A DNA stretch of 64,000 nucleotides. Source: Octopus bimaculoides (Eukaryota). The notes under the pieces are model-generated. The model was not told where the DNA came from. It did no database searches and saw only the letters and a list, made by a program, of their open reading frames with translations. Every line of letters starts with the position of its first letter. The first letter of the stretch is position 1. Of this stretch, positions 26,700-40,164 are shown piece by piece. The stretch spans positions 61,135,223 through 61,199,222 of the forward strand of contig NC_068982.1 of NCBI RefSeq assembly GCF_001194135.2, read 5' to 3'. Position numbers and translations under genes: made by a program.

Positions 26700-27600
26700 A
26701 GTGTTGAAACTCTGGGAATAAGTAAGTTGACAAAGGATTTGATGTGGAATATAGGAGAGACATCACAGAGGTGACAAAAGAAGAGATGGGTGTCTGATGG
26801 AATTTTCAGGAAGAGGCATGTAACTAGCTAATTCAGGCATATTTTGTGAGTGTTGACGAGAGGTTGTTGTATGCTGATGGGTGAACCATTACCAATCAGT
26901 CAGATGGTCTTATTTCAGAGTAAGTCTAATTTGTGTGTGTGTGTGCATACACACATGTATGTGCATACATGTTTGGCTGCACCACTATCCAAGATATGCA
27001 AACACCATGCCTGTGTAGGCATTATTTGAGCTCAATAGAGAGTCATCAACCAATCAAAGCTGAGGTATTTTTCACTCTGCTGTCGAAGCCAAGCCTCTGG
27101 GATGCAATTTCAAGAATGTCATTATATGGCTAGAGATCATGGGAGATGTGAACTAATATTTGTAGAGTATTTGAAGCTTTCAGTTGCATTTTGATTATCT
27201 ACAGAGGGTGGAATACAAAAATGCTTGTTTGATATTTGTAGAGACAGAGTCATTGTGCTCTTGAGAGAGAAAAGGCTCTCCATGTCCAAAGTGAAGGGTA
27301 TTTAGTAGAACTCTGTTCCTCTTTATACACAGATAAGCTGATTTTCATTGCATATTCTGTCAAAGAGCTGCAGAAAAGATTCCAAGCATGGAAATGAGAG
27401 AGAGGCAGTATGGCAAATATCAAAATACTGACAAGTACTAGATAGTACAAACTGCCAGGACCATCTGAGAAGTGAATTTGCTGGATATGTAGGAAAGATG
27501 TGAGCAGGAACACAGTATTGAATACTCAGAGCAAGCAATGGCTGTGGATACCCAAAAGATACACAGGATCTTTAGCAAACAGACATTGGACTAAGTGTTC
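26700..27600 (+). pseudogene. decayed RTE LINE reverse transcriptase fragment
   Basis: 27300-27580 translates to SLYTDKLIFIAYSVKELQKRFQAWK*...PSEK*ICWICRKDVSRNTVL...WLWIPKR. This matches the RTE LYADDL..EL..KF..WK motif and the following CxxC region. The upstream part is more degenerate. Confidence 0.75.
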
Positions 27601-29627
27601 AAATGTGACATGAGTCACAGTAGGTTTGTCTATGAAATAAAGTATTTTTTTTTAGCTGCTCTCAGGGTATAGTAGATGATGTTTGATACCAAAGTGACAT
27701 GATTAATGCTAGTGATAGTTATAATAAACAGTAGCAGAAGTGAGAAAGAGATGGGAGTAAGATCAGAGTTTTTTTGTTTGTTTTTCTTGTTTTTTCATCA
27801 GTTGGTAACAAATACTCTCTCTTGCAAAGTAAAGAGAAGATATTGTATGAAGCATATATAAGAAATGTGTTTCTGCATGGCACTGAATATAAAAGGGTCT
27901 TCAGAGGCTGGAGAGAAACGAGTCGAGTAAAATCTATTGGAAGTGTAATATTAACTTGCATTAAAGACAGAGCACAACTGAGGTCAAAAATTGCTGGACA
28001 TTAAAAGACATCAGTCAAAATGTGCAAGACAGAAGACTGCATTGATATGAATATATGAAGAGAATGGACAATGGGTGCTGAATGAATAAGAGCTGTGTGA
28101 AAAGTACCTGAGACAGAAGTCTCTCTCTCTCTCTTCCTGCTTTTCTGTCTCTCTCTCTCTTTTCCTGCTTTTCTCTCTCTCGCTCTCTCTCTTCCTGCTT
28201 TTCTGTCTCTCCCTCACACACACACAAAAAGACAACTACAACAACATGGGTATAGACATGTAATTCAAATGAAACTGAAAAAACAGCAAAACACACTAAC
28301 TATGACTTATAGCAAGCAGTACCCAATATAAATTGCTCTCACAGAGATAATGGGTACATTCTCTGTCTCTTTCTCTTTCTCTCTCTTTCACTCTCATACA
28401 TTACAGAGTCACATAATGAGAACCAACTTTAGCCAAGCATAGAACATGATTGAATTATTGTTTACTTTATTTACTTTGGTTGCCTCATTTAACAAATATT
28501 CCACAAACATCCCAACTAATTCAACAGATAACATCCATTTCTCTTTCATTGATCCGCATATCAATTCTTTAACTCAACATATTACTTTGATCTCCGACTG
28601 TAGATAAACAACTCTGAAAATCACAACTCTCTACCACCATCACCGCCACTGCCACCACCACCACCATCACTACCCTACACTGCCACATTATCCAACAAAG
28701 AACAAGCAAAACAACATCCTCACCAACCAAAATAACAGAAAAAAAAAAGAAAAACTAAAAAAAAAAATACAAAACCTACACACAAAAAAAGTGATGATAA
28801 TTAAAAACCTCTGACTGCATTCTTTCTCGCTAATATTTTCAAACATAATAAAATTCTTTGAAAAGCAAAATCAATTTTGTGACTTCCATTTCCAATGTAT
28901 TTAGAATATTGACTGCTGTTGAAATTCACAAAAATAGTGTGAAATTATATGGCCTGAGAGGTAGCACGGTTAAATTTCAATGACAATGTTTGTTATTGTA
29001 CTACAAGCTCAAGTGCTCTGGTAATTTCAGACAGCTATATTTTGGCTATTCAATAATTTGTCTTTTCGTAAGCAAGTCAATTTGGTAAATAATGTTGTAA
29101 TTTTTCATGATAATTTATAGTGGCACGCATTCGTGTGACAAGAGTACTAAGTAACCCCTTTATACAAAATTAAACAACATAATTTTGTGTAAGTGAAGAC
29201 CAATACACAGATTTCCGTGAAATTTGCTTCATTAAATTAATAGAAAAGCAATCTAAAAACTGTTGTGATTTCTGTCTTTTAGTAACTTCATTTTTATTAC
29301 ATTCTTGTTTGCAACTTTCCCAAATTCCAATAAAGATATAACAATATTTTTTTTTAAATGTTCATACACAAGCTTTGCTATAAAATACAGTATTCTGTCA
29401 TAGGTTATGAACAAATTTCACTAAAATAATGCAATATTCCATCAGTAATCAATATACTCTCTGTTAATATCAATGCCTTTTATATATTTTACTTTTATTT
29501 TGTTTCTATCATAGTTTGATAATATTTATCAATTTCAGGACCACAAATAAATCTCAGTCCAATGTCAGAAACTCAGTCCTACACACACACACACACACAC
29601 ACACATGCGCGCGTGAGCGTGCATGTG

Positions 29628-29790
29628 TGTGCAGTCTAGTGGTTAGGATGTTGTGCTCATGATCGATCATAAGGTCATGGGTTCAATTCCTGGACAGGGT
29701 GAAATGTGTCCTTGAGCATGGTACTTAATTTCATATTTCTCTGGTCTTTTCTGCTGAACATGAGTATCAGCCCTATCTTCCTCCAGCTGT
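29628..29790 (+). mobile_element. tRNA-derived SINE family F, 5' part
   Basis: gtctagtggttaggatgttg...ggttcaattcctgg contains A- and B-box-like motifs. Related heads are at about 38860-38912 (+) and 58925-59055 (-). Confidence 0.65.
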
Positions 29791-29793
29791 CAC

Positions 29794-29829
<36 letters not shown>

Positions 29830-30864
29830 GGGTTTGTATGATAGTGTATCGAGGAATATATTATTTAAAAGAGTTCCAATTCTTTCTGTTTTTTATGTTT
29901 TATTTATATTCTTATTAAATTCATGTGGGATATAGAATATGGAATATATAATATAAATAGTAAAATGAAATGAAGTATTGAATGTCTTATTGAATATATG
30001 GAATATTGAGTATTAAATATATATAGGGGATAGTATACTTTCCTGCTTTATAGCAATCATCAAGGTCCTGTCTGACAAATGTACTGTAGTTGACTGGCTG
30101 TCCTTTTGTCTTTTATACACATTCCTTTGGACAGCAGCAGTAGGTGTTTGGCTATTTTTAGAGATGATGCCAATTAAAATCTTATCTTTATAACTAAAAC
30201 ACAAAAAATCTCTCAAATGTCATCATTTCTAAAAATAAACATTGAAAAGGAGGGCAGCAGCGGCAGTGACGATGACGACATTGTCTAGCATATCCTTTCT
30301 GTGTTAAGTTTTCGAGGAAATTTGGTGAGTGGCAAAATGACAGAGTTATGAGTTCAAATAGAAGAACTCGCATTTTGTTTTTTCCAACCCTACTCAAATC
30401 TTGCCATGGTTAACTTTGAATCTTTCTGAATGAATGAAAAAAATAACCAGTCCAGCACGATGGTTTGGCAGAACCTAAACATAAAACAATATGCCCAGTA
30501 GTGTTCATTCCAGCTCTTTGTATTTTGAGTTTCAAATCTCACTGTGAATGATATAAGTGGCAGGTTTAATCTAATACCCAGTTTAATACAACCACCTGAA
30601 ACCTTGAGCATCTTTAGAAGAAATCACTCTGTTGCCTTCATTTAGACCAAGTCTTAGGAATACAAGCTTCCTTTCCTCCCATCCACCAGTCTCAGAAGCC
30701 TACTAAAAAGTCATGGGTACTATTCATCTCTCTTGATTAAAAAAAATAAGAATAAAATATGAAAAAAATTATTCTAAACATAACCTGGACTGCTACTGAC
30801 TGCCAAAATTTCTCCAAGGTGTTCTGAAATACAACAGGATGCACAAGAGCACAAGTAAACTGTA

Positions 30865-32670
30865 TCTATATCTATAAAGCTGAGTTTGTGAGTGTGTGTG
30901 TGTGTATTGCATCTATAGAAATCCACATTTTCCACTTTTTCGTAAAAATTTTTACACCAATGGAATTTTCTCGGTGTGAACTTTCCAGTGCAGTAATTAG
31001 ATTTTTAAAATTCCGTTTACTTTGTGTGATATAAGGGAGATTTGGCTGTTGTTTCTAGCAACTTTTATATTTCTTCCCTTCTACCTGGAATGACGTTCTT
31101 ACACACGCGCTCAACAGAGAGAGAAAGTGATACATACAACGTCATAGATTAAACTTACCTCTCAGTATTCTTTACCTATTTTTCATAACATTGATACGTA
31201 AAAACACACACAACCACACATACGTGATCTTTGACAACAACATACACATTGCTCCCGTTCTCCCCCTCTTCCTCTCTCTCAATCGCATACACGTGCAAGT
31301 AAACACAATCATTCACAAAAATATAACTCATGTTCGTCAATGTGGCATAACTACAGAGTTGTACCCCCCGATTTTGGAAGGTCATAACTTTCAGAAAGAT
31401 GAATATTTTTTTATGAAATTTTCTATGCATATATTATTTATTATGAAGATTCCGAATATACAAAAATTTTCGGTGAAAGTGTTTTGGGAGGAGGGTGGGG
31501 GACAATTTTCGGAAATTCCACTTAAATTCCTCTTAACTTCCAGGAAAATGAATATTTTTTCATGAAATTTTCTACAAATATACCTTGATGTATGTACATT
31601 TCGAGCATGTAGGAATTTTGAAGGAAACAACTGCAGATAATTTTTGAGAAGTGTTCCCCATTCGGTGGTGTTTCAGAGCAAGTCGTCCATATTTGTTTCA
31701 TTTTTCTCTATTATGTGCGTATGTACATCCGTATATTTCTAATGAAGTAATAGGTAGTGAAGAGAAGCCATCATAAGAAAACTTTTAACTACCTCTATTC
31801 CTTTCTCCCCCTCTCTCTACCTCTTCCTCTCTCAAACACATACACGTGCAAGTACACAATCATTCAGTAAAATATAACTAATGTTCATCAATGTTTTGTA
31901 AATATACCACGATTTTCGCTAGGGGGTTAGGGTTTTAGGGTTTAGGGTTACGGTTTAGGGTTACGGTTAGGGTTAGGATTAGTGTTACGGTTACGGTTTT
32001 AGGGTCAGGGTTAGGGTTAGTGTTAGGGTTAGTGTTAGGATTAGGTTTAGGATTGGGTAATCGTGCGGGTGTTAATCTGAAAAATTACAAATATGTGAAA
32101 AGTACCGACCCTGCCATCTATTATAACTTTTGTTGTTCTGTTTAATATATACATAGATTATGCCTCCAAAGAAGAGAGTTTGCTGGGGGAAAGACAGCAA
32201 CCGGTTTAAAATGACAGCAACAGACTGCAACAATTCACCACATTCCAGAAGTTACTTTGAATATAATGCAAAATGGTGCATCAACATCTTCTGCCCAATC
32301 TTATAGAATTCTGGCAAAACTGTGTAGCAACAGATCGCCAGCAATTGCTTCATCACAAATTGCCGTCCTAGCTCCTGTGAAAAGGGATTACCCTGCTATG
32401 TATAATCAGGGCAGTGCAAAAAGTTGTTTTGCACAAGCATTTCTATAGCCAATTAGACGGATGAAATTTACGTACGCTTAATAATGTTACGCAAAACAGC
32501 CTTCAGACTTTCCCTATTAATTTCATCGTCTTTTGAATTATGAACATATTTACATCATAAGGGTTTTTTTTCTTTGTAAGGCTTTCTTTTTTAGTTGATT
32601 TTCACCTAGCAAGACCTATCGTAGATGGCGTAATAAGCCACACCCGGACAAGGTTGGGTTATACTGCTAG
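30865..32670 (+). mobile_element. non-autonomous Helitron
   Basis: The 5' end is A|TCTATATCTATAAAG...gtgtgtgtg (A at 30864). The 3' end has a GC-rich hairpin cccggacaaggttggg about 10 nt upstream of CTAG|T (CTAG 32667-32670). There is no TSD, as expected for Helitrons. Confidence 0.7.
31921..32058 (+). repeat. degenerate (TTAGGG)n telomere-like array inside the Helitron
   Basis: gggttagggttttagggtttagggttacggtttagggttacggttagggttaggattag... Confidence 0.9.
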
Positions 32671-32947
32671 TATGTACATAAAAAGGGGTGGAAATAAGTA
32701 CCAAAAATTTGTTGTTGTTGTTTAAATCAAGTTTAGCCTTGACTGAACAGATCTTTGATGTATCGTATTCCAGCTACGATGATCCATCTTATTTTTTTTC
32801 TTCTTTTCAAACAAATGTATCAAGGTTTATGTTATACAAAGTTCCTTTGTTTAAGATCTTAGATGTGATTCAAATGAGATATGGCTCCTATTTTAACAGA
32901 CTAAATAACTACTTATGATGGGTCCTAGATGTCCACTATTAGCAACC

Positions 32948-32993
<46 letters not shown>

Positions 32994-34261
32994 GTGTATA
33001 AAATATAATAGTAACTAATTTATTCAATAACAACTTTAATAGAACATTTCAATTAAACAAAATAAATACAATTTAAGAAAAAGTATTCAATAAATATAAT
33101 AGCAAAAAAAAAAAAAACTTATGAGTTGTGTTATTATCAGAATTGTTTGGTTTTAATTGTCTGTGGCAAAAGGTTCCACTCATTAAAGGTCAAGAATATT
33201 TGTACAGAATAGCTACTGGAGCAATTGAATAGTTTAGTAACAAATTTTACTACATTACAATTCTGATTCATGCAACAGAAAAATATTTGAATAACACACT
33301 AAATAAATTTCATCACATAACTACAGCAGTATTTTTTTTTTTCTTTTTAGAAACTTTACTGCTACAGTTGCCATTGCTACCACAATCCTCAACCTCATCA
33401 TTATCTTCACTGCCACCACAACTACCACTTCCATCATTATCAGCATCAAGTACATCTAAACATGATACACAATGTTCAGTGTTGATCTGCTTCCAAAGTG
33501 CTAGTGATACACACTTCTTCTATAATGAGATCTGTATTTCACCTCGACAATGATGCCAAAGATGTCCCTAAGTTGTATATGATGTCAGTCCCAGAAGCCT
33601 CTCTACTTCAATGAATTCATTTATCTTCCATCATTTCTTTGTGACAGATGCCAAACTTGTTTCACTAAAGAATCTTTCTTGCAGCCCCTTAGGAATACTG
33701 TAGGTAAAACTCAAATTTCTTCTTAATTCATTAGCAAAGAAGCTTAGAGAATCACAGTCAATTTTACTATTTTTCACTCAGATATAGGATGAGTGATATA
33801 ATCTTATGATAGAAAACAGAAAGACAGCTATTATAACCCAGTCTCTGATTTTTGTTGGATTTTTATTTATCTGTTTTATTTTTTGTTCAAGAAGTTATAT
33901 TATTACCACAAATATATGAAAGAAAAAATTCCCTAGTCAAATTATTCAAAAATAAATGAAAAAATACAAAAAATAGCAAAAGACTAAGCAAATTTAATTT
34001 GTAATTTAAACCTAAAAACTGCAATTTTAAACCAAATACTCCATCACTTTACACTTTCAATAGAAAAATTATATTTTTCTTTAAAAATAAATATATGTCA
34101 GAATTTATATATTCCAACACAGATTATTCACACATACCACTCACTGTATGATCTCATTTTGTGTAACTACATATACTTACAAATGTGTATTTATATGAAA
34201 TATTTATAATGTTGAAATCAATTTTTTTTATTTTTAAAATAAAAAAATGTTCTTTCATAGA

Positions 34262-34447
34262 CTCAAGCATGGTTATGTGGTTAAAAAGTATTCAACGAAC
34301 TGGTAGAGTATGGGTTTTGGTTTGATTCCACTGTGTAACATCTTAGGCAAGTATTTTGTCCTATAGCCTCAGGTTGACCTCATGTTCTGGGAGTAATATT
34401 TAGGAGACAGTAACAGTGCTAAACCACATCACATGTGCATAAGCACA

Positions 34448-34450
<3 letters not shown>
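34262..34450 (+). mobile_element. SINE family A, old 5' fragment
   Basis: gcatggttatgtggttaaaaag...cttaggcaagtattttgtcctatagcctcagg. Another old minus-strand copy is at about 34900-35060. Confidence 0.6.
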
Positions 34451-34484
<34 letters not shown>

Positions 34485-34611
34485 ATGTGCATGCGCACAT
34501 GCACATGAAGATGGATTTCCATTAGTTTCAACAATGTGTGTTCATTTATTCAATTATCTGAACTAACTGTTCTTTGAATTAAGTCACTCGGACACGTGAA
34601 GCTTGACCATA

Positions 34612-34830
34612 TAGCATTTAAACCAGCAGTATCTGACATAAAATATTCTACCCATTTTATGTCCAAGCCACCTAGATCCAGACTCTCTCACCTACCCTGC
34701 AATGTCATTCTGAAAATGAACAATCACATAATCAAAATCTTGAAATTGCAAGATAATGCACAATAAATTCAAAACAATATAAATAAATAAGCATTACATT
34801 CAACAGAATAACTTGAATGCTAAAGGATTT
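34612..34830 (-). mobile_element. piggyBac-type MITE, family 1 (degenerate ends)
   Basis: Reverse complement of the 6076/21645 copies. Confidence 0.75.
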
Positions 34831-36701
34831 ATGTAATTCTCAAGTGGTATCAATGTGACACAGTGTGGCTAAGCTGAGCTTTTGAATAACAAGCACAAAT
34901 CCTTCCAAAGGATTTCCAAATGTTTCTGTCAATCCAGTTCCACACACAAGGGTTGAGCTAACACAGGGCTATGATAAAAGATATTTGCTCAAGATGCTAT
35001 GCAGTGAGACTGATCTTAGAACCATGTTATTGTAAAGTAGGTTTCTTAGCCATTCAGTCAAGCTGCATCCAAAAGTTACTTAGAATTAATTTAAACCATG
35101 TATATTTAACTCACCAAACAATTATCCCACCAATTATACCAGTGGAAATTGACAAGTCAAGCAGAAAGAACCTGAAGTTCATTTTTACTTAAAGAAGACT
35201 TAGTTATTTGATAATTAGAAAGTGAGAAAATAAGTAACAGACGAAATACTAAGAGTACTTGTAGGTGGTGTCCTCGGGTAGTTACAGATCAAAGACTGAC
35301 ACTAGTAAAAGAATAAAAGAATATGGTAGGGAAATAACCAAACTGGTAGAGTATGGGACAAAATATCATATGATACTTGGTTACATCTTTTGATATTCTG
35401 TGTTCAAATCTTACCCAGGTCCACTTAATTTTCATTCTTCTGAAGCTGTTAAAATAATTTACACACAATAAAAAAAATACTGGGGATAACATAATTAGCT
35501 GTAACCCAGAAGGTAGTACTCCAGCATGACCATTGTCTAATGACTGAAACCAATAAATGAATTTAAAGTAATTACAATTAATAGAATTAGTTTGCATTGT
35601 TCCTGTCACATTTCTCTCAAGGATGAACAAGATGTTCTTCCAATTCTTGTTAAATTATCAACAGATCTGTGGATTACACCTAATAATTTGGCCAACTACT
35701 TCTCTATTAAATAAGAATTGATCTGGGTTTCAATAACAACAATAACTATTAGCATTTTAATTACATATTTATTCTAAGACTGGTTTCAACATTGATCATT
35801 ATTGATTTCATTTGACTTTTCAAAATTTCATATCCCTCAACAATAACAATTACTTCCTTTCTATGATCAAATGAAGCTCAACTTCTTTGCTGAAAATAAA
35901 AATAGCAACCAAGTCTACTTCACATCGCACTCTCTCACTGGCAGTTAACAATGATAGTGCTGACTGAGAGAGGACCTCATTCAGAGCACTTTGACCTGTC
36001 TCAAGCAAATTAATCACCAAATAAATAACGAATCTCTTGTCCATTTGTTCATTAGTTATTTGTATTACAACCACTTCTTGTTCCCAAACTAATCATGAAG
36101 AATAAATAAGACAAAATGATAAGGATAATTTATCAAATAAGTGTTTCACAAGATTGTTAAAATATATTAAAAAAATATATAAGATATAAAGATTTTGTTC
36201 TGGTGAAGCTATAAGGTGATACATAAACACTCAATGTGTCTTATGCCAGAAACAGCTGTAAGCCAATGAAGTTCATTACATAATTTCTTGTTCCCTTGTC
36301 ATTTATAAAATCCCTTATTATGCTCTATACTTGACTACCACTTTTTCTGAAACCTAGGTATATTGAGTTCTAACACCAGGTTATTAGTATCACCATGCCT
36401 AAGCAAAATGTTAAAACATATATATTTATATATATACACACACACAAGATCAAAATAAAAGTGGAGATTGAGTTGTAATAATTTTTTTCATTATTACATC
36501 CAAAATTACATAACCTTTACATATGTTTCATTAGCATATACTAACATGCTATGAGGTAATCATTACAAAGGCAGTTGCATAATCAATCTACACACCAGAT
36601 CATCAAACAAAAGCTATAATTTACTCTATTGTCAGTTACTAATGTTTGTCAGTAATATATATGTACATGCATGTGTGCATACATAGATACACACACATAT
36701 A

Positions 36702-36755
<54 letters not shown>

Positions 36756-37048
36756 NNNNNNNNNNNNNNNNNNNNNNNNNNNNNNNNNNNNNNNNNNNNN
36801 NNNNNNNNNNNNNNNNNNNNNNNNNNNNNNNNNNNNNNNNNNNNNNNNNNNNNNNNNNNNNNNNNNNNNNNNNNNNNNNNNNNNNNNNNNNNNNNNNNNN
36901 NNNNNNNNNNNNNNNNNNNNNNNNNNNNNNNNNNNNNNNNNNNNNNNNNNNNNNNNNNNNNNNNNNNNNNNNNNNNNNNNNNNNNNNNNNNNNNNNNNNN
37001 NNNNNNNNNNNNNNNNNNNNNNNNNNNNNNNNNNNNNNNNNNNNNNNN

Positions 37049-37110
<62 letters not shown>

Positions 37111-37199
37111 TAATGTATATATATCACGAGATAGACAAAGAAATGCATTTACTATAACACTGTCAGCACAATCCTGACCTCTCCTAGCAGACTCCTCAT

Positions 37200-37590
37200 T
37201 GTTTACATTCTTTACTTGATCCAACACTCTCTGCTGCTACTTACCTCAACTATTTCCCTTTCCTTACCTCCTTCCACACTGCATGGTTTTCATGTCGGTC
37301 TGTGCTATTATGAACATGTCCTTTTGTCCATTTCTTGCCTTATCTCCTACTTCACATCGCTTGGCCTTCATGACATCACTCCTAATTCAACTGACCTGGA
37401 CCTTGTCAAAAACTTTGGTCTTTTCTACAAACCCTGCTTCATACTCTACCTCCTCCTCCTCTTGAAAAACAGCTTATACACTACTCATACCACCTCCCAC
37501 TGGTTTCTCTCTTCTCACTCCACTCAATGCTTTTGCATCAATACTTCACTCATACTTTCATTCACAATTTTACTACCTCAATGACAACAG
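37200..37590 (+). pseudogene. possible decayed LINE 3' fragment with CCHC-like zinc-finger remnant
   Basis: Frameshifted reads PHCM...YEHVLL / FCPFLA resemble the C-terminal zinc knuckle of I/Jockey-type LINEs. The match is weak. Confidence 0.3.
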
Positions 37591-37629
37591 CACTATATAT
37601 TCTGTCTTACTTTCCATAGAAGGACATAT

Positions 37630-38050
37630 TATTGATTTCAAATTTTGACACATGGCTAGCAATTTCGGAAGAGGTGGGAGATAAGGCAATTACATTGACT
37701 CCAGTATTCAATTGGTAATTATTTTTTCAACTCCAAAAGGATGAAAAGTGAAGTCAACCCTGATGGAATTTGAACTCAGAACAAAAAGACGGACAAAATG
37801 CCACTAAGTACAGGGTGTCCACGAAAACACTCCCTTATTTCATGACACTACAACATCTAAAGTAATTCAAATATATTGATAAATATTGTGTCCGCAGATT
37901 TCCTAACAATAATATTTTCTTTTAGTTTCAGGTGACTTACCATCTTTGACATGAACACATGGAAACCCAAAATGCAGTTGGGAGCGTCTTTGTGGACACC
38001 CTGTATTTTACCTAGCACAGTAATGATTCTGCCAATTCACCACCTTAGAA
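37630..38050 (-). mobile_element. SINE family C interrupted by a Tc1/mariner MITE
   Basis: SINE sequence continues on both sides of 37811-38003. Confidence 0.8.
37811..38003. mobile_element. Tc1/mariner-type MITE (193 bp)
   Basis: TA|cagggtgtccacgaaaacactccc ... gggagcgtctttgtggacaccctg|TA gives 24-bp TIRs and a TA TSD. Confidence 0.92.
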
Positions 38051-38085
38051 GGACATAATGATTAATATTATTATCCGTTATTGAA

Positions 38086-38814
38086 ATGGCAGAACCATTG
38101 ATATTTTGGATAAAAATGCTTAGTGGCAATTCTTCTGGCTTTTTACATTCTGAGTTCAAGTCCTACTAGGGTCAACTTTGATTTTCATCCTTCGAGTGTT
38201 GGTAAAAGATAATACCAGTTAAATATGGGGATCAATGTAATAGACTTGCCCCCCCTCTCCTCAAAATTGCTGGCCTTGTGACAAAATTAGAAGGAACTAT
38301 TGCTATTGTTACTAAGTGAAAAGCTGGTAGAATGTTTAGAGCATTGGAAAAATTGCCCTGCAGCATCTGTTCTGATTATTCACATTCTGAGTTCAAATCC
38401 CAGCAAGGTCAGCTTTGCTTTTCCTCCTTTCAGGATCAATAAAATAAAGTCCCAGCCAAGGATTGAGGTTGATGATATCAACTATCCCTTATCCTCTCTT
38501 GTAAAAATTTGAAATCATTATTATTATCATTAAGGCAGTGAGCTGGCAGAGTTGTGAAGCAGAGTTCAAATTCTCCTGGGGTCAAATTTGCTTTTCATTC
38601 TTTTGAGGATAAAATAAGTACCAGTTGAACTAATTGACTTATCCCCTCTCCCAAAATCGCTGGCCTTGTGCCAAAATTTGAAACTATTATTATTATTATT
38701 ATAATTATTATTANNNNNNNNNNAAAATAAGTACCAGTTGAACACTGGGGTCAATGTAATTGACTTATCTCCTCCCCAAAAATTGCTGCCCTCGTGGCAA
38801 AATTTGAAACTATG

Positions 38815-38855
<41 letters not shown>
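38086..38855 (+). mobile_element. head-to-tail array of four SINE family C copies with (ATT)n tails
   Basis: Units start at about 38086, 38318, 38535 and 38724 (partial). Each ends in aaaatt(t/a)gaaa, usually followed by an (ATT)n-like tail. Confidence 0.8.
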
Positions 38856-38856
<1 letters not shown>

Positions 38857-38919
38857 GAGGGTGCATAGTCTAGTGGTTAGGGTGTTACACTGATGATCTA
38901 GCAATCATGATTGCAATTA

Positions 38920-38970
<51 letters not shown>

Positions 38971-38976
<6 letters not shown>

Positions 38977-39500
38977 CACACCTACTTCCTCCCACCCACC
39001 TCTTCTCTCTTACCCCGACTCCTACTTCTCTTCCCTCTTACTCTCTTTCTCTCCACTCCTACCCACCTCCTTCCTCCTTCATCGTCAACCCTCTCTCGTA
39101 ATCCCACCTCACTCCTACACGTTCCAACCCCACCTTCCCTATCCTTCACATTCCACCTCATCCCTTACACCGACTCCCACATACTGCACCTCTACCGCCA
39201 CCCTCAACCTAACCCACAACCCACCCTTGTGTTTTCCCCACTCTTGCCTCCCCACCTCCCAACACCATCACACCACACCACTACACCATACCACATAACA
39301 CATCACATCACAACACACCACCATGCACACACCAGCACTGACCAATTTCCAGCCCCACATTTTCACACCTACACACACGCACATGTCAAGATCACCAGCC
39401 CTCTTCCACACGCACATACAAACTCTCTTATACACACACACACACGTGCACCTTCGTTATGGAATCACCACTACTTTATTATCTCCCCTTCTTCCTAGCT
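38971..39500 (+). repeat. pyrimidine/CA-rich low-complexity tract
   Basis: Direct reading. It is the source of the 195-aa spurious ORF. Confidence 0.8.
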
Positions 39501-39504
39501 CTCC

Positions 39505-39686
39505 TGTGTGACCCTTCTGTCCAGCGTTCGCCATGATAGATCGCTAGACACTACACATTCTTTTTTTTCTCTCCTTGTTTCTTTCTGTGGAAGACTTTTT
39601 CACTTCTCGAGCGTTATACTGATACATCTGTTTGTTGTCTACACCACTTGTCTTCGTCTTTTGCTTTTTATTTTTGTGAATTCTCC

Positions 39687-39690
<4 letters not shown>
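39505..39690 (+). mobile_element. Penelope-like element 3' repeat fragment
   Basis: ttctgtggaagactttttcacttctcgagcgttatactgatacatctgtttgttgtctacaccac...gtgaattctccc followed by (TA)n. Recognised from memory of cephalopod Penelope-type repeats and not verified. Confidence 0.4.
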
Positions 39691-39785
<95 letters not shown>

Positions 39786-39786
39786 A

Positions 39787-39837
<51 letters not shown>

Positions 39838-39846
39838 CAGAGATTA

Positions 39847-40075
39847 AGGCAGTGAGCTGGTATAGTCATTACCATGTTGGGCAAAATGCTTAGTGACATT
39901 TCGTCCATCTTTACATCCTGAGTAGAATTTCCGCCAAGGTCAACTTTGCCTTTCATCCTTTCAGAGTCAATAAATTAAGTACTAGTGAAAAACTGAAGTT
40001 GATGTAATTGACTAGTCCCTTCCCCACAAATTCAGGCCATATGCCTATAGTAGAAAGGATTATTATTATCATTAC
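39847..40075 (+). mobile_element. SINE family C
   Basis: ggcagtgagctgg...caactttgcctttcatcc...tgcctatagtagaaaggattattatt. Confidence 0.85.
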
Positions 40076-40164
40076 TATTGTCATTAATGGCTTGAAAAAT
40101 GCCTCAATACTTACCTTTCTTACTCACAATAAAACAACTTGAAAAATATGCATGAACATGTTTA

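Noticed and set aside
30217-30324. Short ORF MSSFLKINIEKEGSSGSDDDDIV* and a nearby GTGAGT donor at 30325
   Set aside because: It is only 23 aa, partly built from gca/gac repeat-like sequence, with no acceptor or homology support.
31921-32058. True telomere or chromosome-fusion scar
   Set aside because: The array is degenerate, single-orientation and embedded inside a Helitron-like element.
38911-39498. 195-aa ORF, the longest non-N ORF
   Set aside because: It is a low-complexity C/A/T-rich tract starting in (TA)n, with no domain-like composition.
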